The notes beneath the pieces are model-generated. The model searched no databases. It was not told the origin of the DNA and saw only the letters and a list, made by a program, of their open reading frames with translations. A stretch of 64,000 bases of DNA, taken from IMG/VR virus record IMGVR_UViG_3300008120_009632, positions 1 through 64,000 of that record; one strand, written 5' to 3'. This document shows positions 58,177 through 64,000 of the stretch, in pieces. Position 1 is the stretch's first letter; each line of letters opens with the position of its first letter. Source of the stretch: a virus. Both the position numbers and the translations under genes were made by a program.

Positions 58177-58707
58177 TTATCTCTTAGAGTCATATGATCT
58201 GGAAGATGGGATTGAGCCGACTAAATATACCATCTTACCAGTATTAGACCTATTAGCATTCGCTGCCGTATCGATATACTGAGTAGATGATCTGGCTTTA
58301 TGAAAGGTATCTGTTACTGTAGATGGCTCAACGACGAACTGACCAGTATATAGATTATAGTCGCCGTCTCTAAACGAAGTCGATTGTTTACGAGTAATTA
58401 TACTTTCAATTTTATGAATTCCAACTATTAATCCTGGAACAGCTGCTCCACTTAATAGTGTAGTATCTGGTAATCCACCTAGTTTTGTTGACACTCTTTT
58501 AGCTACTGGATCTCTGCTATTGTGAGCAAAATCCCCACCAACAAGAGCTGGATCAGTATCTGTGCCATCAATAACAATAGAGCCTAAAGCTACTGCTTCT
58601 AGTCCCTGTCCTATTGAGCCTAAAACAGATGAATTACCTAGGTTAATACCTGTACCAGAATTATTATCAATATTAGAATTATCATCTTGGGCATTATGTA
58701 GTGACAT
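58177..58707 (-). CDS. hypothetical protein
   Basis: 176 aa; SD GGAG. Confidence 0.7.
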   Translation of the reverse strand: MSLHNAQDDNSNIDNNSGTGINLGNSSVLGSIGQGLEAVALGSIVIDGTDTDPALVGGDFAHNSRDPVAKRVSTKLGGLPDTTLLSGAAVPGLIVGIHKIESIITRKQSTSFRDGDYNLYTGQFVVEPSTVTDTFHKARSSTQYIDTAANANRSNTGKMVYLVGSIPSSRSYDSKR

Positions 58708-58764
58708 GGGTTTTCTCCATTGGAAGAATTACATCAATAGATATTACCCCAAAATCTTTATTTT

Positions 58765-59445
58765 TTATTTTTTTAGATTAATATGCTCTATAAACATATG
58801 CAAACTGTTAATATTAAATAGTCTTATACCATATAATTCAGCCATTTTTATTACACTATTAGCGTGTTTTTCATTATAGATATTTCCCGTGCTAATAGTA
58901 TTAATTCTACTTTTACTCATTAAAAAATTACAAGCGATTAAATTATCATTAATATCATCAATCATAGTGCCAGAAGAAGGTAAGACTGTATGGATTCCAT
59001 AGTCCATCAGTATTTGACAAACTTTGGCTAAGACATCATGATTATATATACGATATTCCAATATATATCTAAGTTGGATATTAAACTCATTACATGTTTC
59101 TAAATTAGATTTGATATCATCTCTAAATTTATCATATTTTCTATTGGTAATAATTTTTGTAGGAATAAATAAATCTATAGTTTTAATAAGATTATTGTAT
59201 GTTTTGCACAGATTGGACACTGCAAATGATCGTGTTTTCAGGTCGGCAACGCCCGTAGGGAAATCTATTGGGCATGAGATATTGATATTTTTTTCTTTGA
59301 TATCAGGTAGAGATCTGATAGTACTTAAAGTATATGGTAATACAGAAATATTCGTTATACCGTGTTTAATAGCGTCTGTTATGTTTTTAGCTGTCTCGAT
59401 TTCATTAATAGAATAATCTAGACAAGCATATTCTGTATAAATCAT
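58765..59445 (-). CDS. deoxyribose-phosphate aldolase (DeoC)-like protein lacking catalytic lysines
   Basis: CPIDFPTG (cf. VIGFPLG), TIDLF (EIDMV), LRYILE (LKVILE), TVLPSSG (FVKTSTG). Confidence 0.65.
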   Translation of the reverse strand: MIYTEYACLDYSINEIETAKNITDAIKHGITNISVLPYTLSTIRSLPDIKEKNINISCPIDFPTGVADLKTRSFAVSNLCKTYNNLIKTIDLFIPTKIITNRKYDKFRDDIKSNLETCNEFNIQLRYILEYRIYNHDVLAKVCQILMDYGIHTVLPSSGTMIDDINDNLIACNFLMSKSRINTISTGNIYNEKHANSVIKMAELYGIRLFNINSLHMFIEHINLKK

Positions 59446-60119
59446 AATTTTTTAGCATAATGTTTTATATAGTCTATATTTGGAAATTGTTTCGAACCCA
59501 AAATACCATCTGCAAAACCATAATCTACTGCTTCTGGAGCTGTTAATATCCAATCACATTTATTAGCAATTTGAGATATTATATGTTTTCTTGCGATCAT
59601 TTTTTTCCATTTTTTTTCTTTTGCTATCTTACTTGATATACACCTATCTGTGAAGATATCTATCATCTTATCACACTCTTGTTCATTCCAGTGAATAGAA
59701 CTGGCTGCTGCTTTACTATGCTCTTCATTAATACTAAATGACCCATAATGGATCAATACGTTTGTATTTGGCATCAAAATTCTTAAATCTGCAGATTGTA
59801 ATAAAACACTACTAGAGGATTCAGCTTTGGCATAAGCAAGTATTATTATATTACATGTACATGATTGTATCGCATCGTACATACCTAAGCAGTCTTGCCA
59901 TTCTCCGCCTGGTAAATGCATATGAACCAATATGGGATCCATAGATATCATATTTAGATATCTTAAATTTTTTTCAAATACAATCGCACTTCTATAGTCT
60001 ACTCCTCCTTCGATTTCGCCATCAGATATATAAGAGTGTAGATAGATTTCTCTATTATTGATATCTATGTTATAGTTATGAACATAGTCTATGTCTTGTG
60101 TTTCTTTATTTATCTTCAT
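59442..60119 (-). CDS. clpP: ClpP-like protease
   Basis: NREIYL, PGG...MYDAI, AESSSS (Ser), LIHYG (His), DWILTAPEAVDYGFAD (Asp). Confidence 0.85.
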   Translation of the reverse strand: MKINKETQDIDYVHNYNIDINNREIYLHSYISDGEIEGGVDYRSAIVFEKNLRYLNMISMDPILVHMHLPGGEWQDCLGMYDAIQSCTCNIIILAYAKAESSSSVLLQSADLRILMPNTNVLIHYGSFSINEEHSKAAASSIHWNEQECDKMIDIFTDRCISSKIAKEKKWKKMIARKHIISQIANKCDWILTAPEAVDYGFADGILGSKQFPNIDYIKHYAKKL

Positions 60120-60555
60120 TATTATCTGCTATTTCGTAAACGGTATCTTGAATATTTTTTTTGACATCAGAGTCATAAAAGGCTTTGCCTATTGCGACTC
60201 TAAATCTATATCTAGTAAAAATATCTAAACATTCTACTCCATTGATTTGCTCTATAGTTTCTGCTATTTTTCTTGTAATATCAAAATTAGTATGACCGAT
60301 CCAGAAATTAAAAAGTTTACCACTAGCTGTATTTTCATTAACAGGTATAATACCCATTGGAGTTGCAATAACTTTTATTTGTTTTTTACCAAACTGATTG
60401 AATGCATTATTTAATTCATTGAGATCTTCTTCTTGATTGTCTTCATCGTCATAAAAATTACTATACGGCTCTTCGTCTATATCGTTATCATCTTTTTCTC
60501 CAAATGGATCTCTCCATTTTTCCCACATGATAATTTTTGTTTCGTTGTTACTCAT
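60106..60555 (-). CDS. hypothetical protein with acidic tract
   Basis: 149-aa ORF; WEKWRDPF...FWIGHTNFDIT...GVE.L..TRYRFR. Confidence 0.65.
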   Translation of the reverse strand: MSNNETKIIMWEKWRDPFGEKDDNDIDEEPYSNFYDDEDNQEEDLNELNNAFNQFGKKQIKVIATPMGIIPVNENTASGKLFNFWIGHTNFDITRKIAETIEQINGVECLDIFTRYRFRVAIGKAFYDSDVKKNIQDTVYEIADNNEDK

Positions 60556-60586
60556 TTTATTATCGCAAAAGAATAGATTAAATCTA

Positions 60587-60982
60587 TTATATCTTAAATA
60601 CTTGAGATGGTTTGACTACAGGTTGATTATATTGTACATAATTTTTTTTATTTTTTTTGTATTGCTCATATAATAATCCCCAAAATGAAATAATATTATC
60701 TATAAATAGATACTGCTGATTATTATTTTGGTCTATTTTAGATTGCAAAATAGTGACTATATTATTCTTATGAAGGCCTTGATTAATTGACAATAAAAAT
60801 TCAGCATATCTTTCGGCCACGACAGCTATATTGTCTGGAGTAGCTTTCGACATATCTGGAAGATCTACATTAATATCAACAGAATAATTATCTAATATAG
60901 AAAAATTAATTGATCCAATAATCCCATGTTGTTGTGGTTTATTACGCCACGTTAGTAATTTTTCTAAGTAACGGATGATCAT
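60587..60982 (-). CDS. hypothetical protein
   Basis: 131-aa ORF. Confidence 0.6.
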   Translation of the reverse strand: MIIRYLEKLLTWRNKPQQHGIIGSINFSILDNYSVDINVDLPDMSKATPDNIAVVAERYAEFLLSINQGLHKNNIVTILQSKIDQNNNQQYLFIDNIISFWGLLYEQYKKNKKNYVQYNQPVVKPSQVFKI

Positions 60983-61292
60983 TAACTAAGTCCTCTGTAT
61001 AAAGTTTATAACAATTTTTCAATTCTATATTATAGGGTATCCAACAAAAGTATGATAATATTACATTCTTATTCTCTATCCTCGGTTCAAGATGAATAAA
61101 TTTAATATAATCAGATGATATAGATATATAATTTTCTATTAGTTTAGATAGAATAAAATTGAGACTATTTGTGTCTTCTTTTATCTCATCTGATAAAACA
61201 ATAAACTTCTCTGAATGTTTAGATAGTGTTTGATACTTTTGTGTATCTCTATCAAGAACGATACAATACAGTTCAACTATACATTTGGTCAT
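60942..61292 (-). CDS. hypothetical protein
   Basis: 116-aa ORF. Confidence 0.6.
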   Translation of the reverse strand: MTKCIVELYCIVLDRDTQKYQTLSKHSEKFIVLSDEIKEDTNSLNFILSKLIENYISISSDYIKFIHLEPRIENKNVILSYFCWIPYNIELKNCYKLYTEDLVNDHPLLRKITNVA

Positions 61293-61878
61293 ATGTTTTG
61301 ATAGTCTCTATTGCTCTTTTTATACTTTGTCTAACTGCTTCACGAGACACTCCAAAATGTTTACCAATTTTTGATAGTGTTAGATTATCAAAATAATACA
61401 TCATAATTTGTTGTTTTTGTTTTTCTGAGATATTTGCATTATCAAGTAGTTGTGTGATATTTTTTGAAACTTCTTGTTGTTCTTCTTTTTCTATAATTTT
61501 TTCTAGTGGATCTTTTTCAGAAGATGACGCTAACAGATCATAAGCATTAACGTGTTCTTCTATTGAGCTTAAATTATTATCTAAACTTAAAGATTTTTTA
61601 TTTTTATTCTTATATTTATGAGTAACATATGTTTTAATTGCCCATATGGCGCATTGGTTTCTGTAAGAGTAAAGTGTCTTTTTCAAGCCAGTTTTTCCTG
61701 ATCTTTCTGGATCAAATCTCCAATCGGCATACATAATAGCAGTAGCAACATCTGAGACTGCTTCTTCGTTTGCAAGCATTTCCTTTGCTAGTCCATTATA
61801 AAATCTTGGAGCAAATTTTGATATGGTCTTTTTTGCTAAAGATACATATATAGACAAAGTATCAAATTCAGTATTCAT
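61273..61878 (-). CDS. sigma70-family RNA polymerase sigma factor (regions 2 and 4)
   Basis: A..RFDPERS...YSY...C..WAI (region 2); SLSLD; ISEKQKQ.I.MYY..NLTLSKIGKHFGVSREAVRQ (region 4). Confidence 0.88.
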   Translation of the reverse strand: MNTEFDTLSIYVSLAKKTISKFAPRFYNGLAKEMLANEEAVSDVATAIMYADWRFDPERSGKTGLKKTLYSYRNQCAIWAIKTYVTHKYKNKNKKSLSLDNNLSSIEEHVNAYDLLASSSEKDPLEKIIEKEEQQEVSKNITQLLDNANISEKQKQQIMMYYFDNLTLSKIGKHFGVSREAVRQSIKRAIETIKTYDQMYS

Positions 61879-61922
61879 TGGTGTCCTTTCGTGTCCTTAA
61901 ATCTTAAATCTTAAACTATAAA

Positions 61923-62420
61923 TTACTTATCTTTTTTAGTCAGCTTTTTCCACTGTTCGGGATTTGGTCTATCTTTATCTCCGGGTTTGGCTGGCTTATA
62001 TTTTTTACCCATTTTTTCTTTTTTCTTTCTGATATTTTCCCATAAGCCCGGAAGGTTTTTAGCAGCCTCTGCTCCTTCTGTATCGGTTTCACTTTCTCCG
62101 AACATGAGGAAATTGTGGATGGTGATCATATAATCTTCCGTTACCGCGATTTTACCCTGTAACCAGCTCTCTGTCAAGCCTTCTTTGACAGACGGATTTT
62201 CTAGTGCATCTACTATGGCTTGTGCATGTTTAGCAATTGACATTATTGATCCTAAACTCATTTGATAAAAATCATACTTATATTCCATCAATTCCATCTC
62301 TGGAGTTTCAACTTCCATTTCTTCTACTTTTGTAAAATCTCCGTCTTCACCTTTAGCTTGTTGATTTTTTTGTACTAAGGTCTCATTGACAGCATTTAGT
62401 ATATCATGTAAACGGTCCAT
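61923..62420 (-). CDS. hypothetical phage protein
   Basis: LTESWLQGKI; PGLWENIRKK...KPGDKDRP motif seen in large phages; SD GGAGG before ATG 62420. Confidence 0.65.
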   Translation of the reverse strand: MDRLHDILNAVNETLVQKNQQAKGEDGDFTKVEEMEVETPEMELMEYKYDFYQMSLGSIMSIAKHAQAIVDALENPSVKEGLTESWLQGKIAVTEDYMITIHNFLMFGESETDTEGAEAAKNLPGLWENIRKKKEKMGKKYKPAKPGDKDRPNPEQWKKLTKKDK

Positions 62421-62421
62421 A

Positions 62422-63078
62422 TTATTTACCTCCAGCAAGTTTTGTATATAGTATTGTAGCTAATTTATTTCCAGCAATAACATCCGACTTATAGTGAACA
62501 CCCTGAATCATTCTTGCCAATCCTGTCATGTTTACTATATTATCTATTTTTTGTGTTATTTTTGGATAATATTTTTTTATCATATTTGCGGCTAAACTAG
62601 TATACACCACATGTCCAGAAGGATATGACGGAGTATGATGAGTTTCACTTTCTAAGATTTCTATATTTAGGCCGTAAAATATTCCCAATTGATATGGTCT
62701 AGGTCTATTATATATAGATTTAATATTTAATAATATTGGTTTTATAATATTATACAATATATCAAATTCTTCTCTTGGAAATTCTATCTTTTGTTTTTCT
62801 AAATAATCGTACAAATATTTATTTGGATCTCTATCAATAGTATATACAAATTCAATATCTTGTTTTGATCTTGATAGCGATAGATTATAAATTTCTAATA
62901 ATTCTTTGTAGGTTTGCGCAGACGAGTTTTCTGGCGGTTTATTTAAAATATTTTTCCATTCAAAATCAATTATATCTGGTATAGGATATTCCTCTAAAAT
63001 ACCATAATATTTTATTTTATCTATATCTATTTTTTGTGATATAGCATTTATTTCAGATAGTATCTTGTTTGATGACAT
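62422..63078 (-). CDS. PAP2-family phosphatase / vanadium-haloperoxidase-like protein
   Basis: K....RPRP, SYPSGH, R...GVHY.SD; all three motifs intact. Confidence 0.88.
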   Translation of the reverse strand: MSSNKILSEINAISQKIDIDKIKYYGILEEYPIPDIIDFEWKNILNKPPENSSAQTYKELLEIYNLSLSRSKQDIEFVYTIDRDPNKYLYDYLEKQKIEFPREEFDILYNIIKPILLNIKSIYNRPRPYQLGIFYGLNIEILESETHHTPSYPSGHVVYTSLAANMIKKYYPKITQKIDNIVNMTGLARMIQGVHYKSDVIAGNKLATILYTKLAGGK

Positions 63079-63617
63079 TATACTTGTAATGTTAAGAAAT
63101 TATCTATTCCCATCTGATCAATAAGCTTTAGATAGCTTTCATATAATTCTATTCCATTTTCACTACCTTGTAGTAGTGGTATCATACTATTGGCTGTTAG
63201 TTCATCTCCAACAGCTCTTGCAGCAGTTATAGTGGCTCGTTCTGTTGCTGCTGCTTCTCTAACGGAAGCTAAATTATATTGGATCATAGCAACCATATCA
63301 TGTCTGGTCCATGTTGGAGGACTAACCACCAGTGGTTGATAATCGACATCAAAAAATTCTAATCTTTTAATATTAATAATAGCATGTCGATGTTCTTCTT
63401 CTGCATCATCTTTTAGTACGGCTGCTAGTTTTTTATATCCCCATCTTTCAAGGTGTACAGCTTGTGCTGATAATGCTGTTGTTTGTTGCCAGTGAATATT
63501 TAATGATTGTTTCAATAATTCTATTACTGGATTAGCAGAATAACCTTCTACTGTTTGTGCTTCTGCTTCCATTTGATCCCCTTGTTCGTTTTTTAATAAT
63601 TCATCTATAGTTTTCAT
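63078..63617 (-). CDS. bacterioferritin-like protein with altered ferroxidase centre
   Basis: WGYKKLA...EEEHRHA...RL.F, GDELTA, LIDQMGIDNFL (Bfr C-terminal signature). Confidence 0.8.
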   Translation of the reverse strand: MKTIDELLKNEQGDQMEAEAQTVEGYSANPVIELLKQSLNIHWQQTTALSAQAVHLERWGYKKLAAVLKDDAEEEHRHAIINIKRLEFFDVDYQPLVVSPPTWTRHDMVAMIQYNLASVREAAATERATITAARAVGDELTANSMIPLLQGSENGIELYESYLKLIDQMGIDNFLTLQV

Positions 63618-63622
63618 ATTAT

Positions 63623-64000
63623 TCACCATGCTCTACATGACCAGTATCGAGCTTTCCATTTAGGACCAGGATTATCGCAATTATGTCTTGCTCTAAAGCT
63701 CTTACGTCTTTCCGGAATATTTTTTTTGATTTTCATATTAGGATCACCAAAATTAACTTTGACAACATTACCCTTATCATTTTTAACATATACACTAGAT
63801 TTTTTAGGACCATTAGGAGTTCTAAAAGGTTTGTTTAGCTGAACCTTTCTTCCCTGATACTCTGATCCTTTTCCTATATATATCAATTGTCTTCCATCTT
63901 TAGTGTGAATTCCTCTTCTGTCGTAATAATATAATTCATTTGTCACCGGATCCCTATATTCAAATTTAGAAAAGATAAGGTCAAATTCTTCTATATCTTC
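63623..64000 (-). CDS. DUF6321-like phage protein, 5'-truncated by window edge
   Basis: LNKPFRTP.GPKK..VYVKN...VKVNFGD...RRKSFRARHNC...ARYWSCRAW; frame open to base 64000. Confidence 0.7.
   Translation of the reverse strand, partial: EDIEEFDLIFSKFEYRDPVTNELYYYDRRGIHTKDGRQLIYIGKGSEYQGRKVQLNKPFRTPNGPKKSSVYVKNDKGNVVKVNFGDPNMKIKKNIPERRKSFRARHNCDNPGPKWKARYWSCRAW

Noticed and set aside
696-59416. Short opposite-strand ORFs in the ORF track (e.g. 4078-4428, 15978-16352, 31010-31339, 54597-55061)
   Set aside because: They are antisense shadows of well-supported genes, with no motifs or ribosome-binding sites.
60942-61292. Degenerate Nudix hydrolase
   Set aside because: Only a vague secondary-structure resemblance with no Nudix box; cannot be supported without a profile search.
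58741-63800. Additional GGTGTA-like matches (58741, 59635, 62600, 63790)
   Set aside because: They are degenerate or lie deep inside coding regions, and chance matches are expected in AT-rich DNA.
1-64000. tRNA, rRNA or other structured ncRNA genes
   Set aside because: Intergenic gaps are under about 80 nt and AT-rich, and no cloverleaf or T-loop signature was seen by eye. tRNAscan-SE or Infernal would be needed to confirm.

Overview
This is a gene-dense, AT-rich (roughly 30% GC by eye) segment of a large tailed dsDNA phage genome, read with standard code 11. No rRNA, tRNA, CRISPR array or reverse transcriptase is visible. The + strand block (1-7508) carries probable virion genes, including a 2100-aa protein, and converges with one long minus-strand block (7509-64000). 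In coordinate order the minus-strand block holds: a cluster of glycosyltransferase/nucleotidyltransferase-like genes; a replication/recombination module (ssb, split dnaE with an interleaved DEDDh exonuclease, Cas4/AddB-like nuclease, dNMP kinase, primase, dnaB, recA); nucleotide metabolism (phoH, dut, class Id-like nrdA/nrdB, dCMP deaminase); a membrane-protein plus papain-like peptidase cassette; a fibre/adhesin region (collagen-like fibre, trypsin-like protease, Asp-box propeller, FGE/C-type-lectin-fold proteins with Pro-Thr linkers); and host-like genes (DeoC-like, ClpP, sigma factor, PAP2, bacterioferritin-like). The most striking observation is that the DnaE polymerase is encoded in three pieces with no intein. 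Its conserved N-terminal PHP motif reads YIPLHVHS-TAA-VTHYSLLDG: a 9-nt in-frame insert containing a stop codon sits directly after a GC-rich 9-bp RNA hairpin, pointing to recoding, a micro-intron or peptide complementation, although a sequencing or assembly error is not excluded. Other notable points are three circularly permuted FGE/CLec domains, a recurring GGTGTATWAT candidate phage promoter, and several host-derived enzymes whose catalytic residues appear lost. All family assignments come from motifs recognised by eye; no database search was run.
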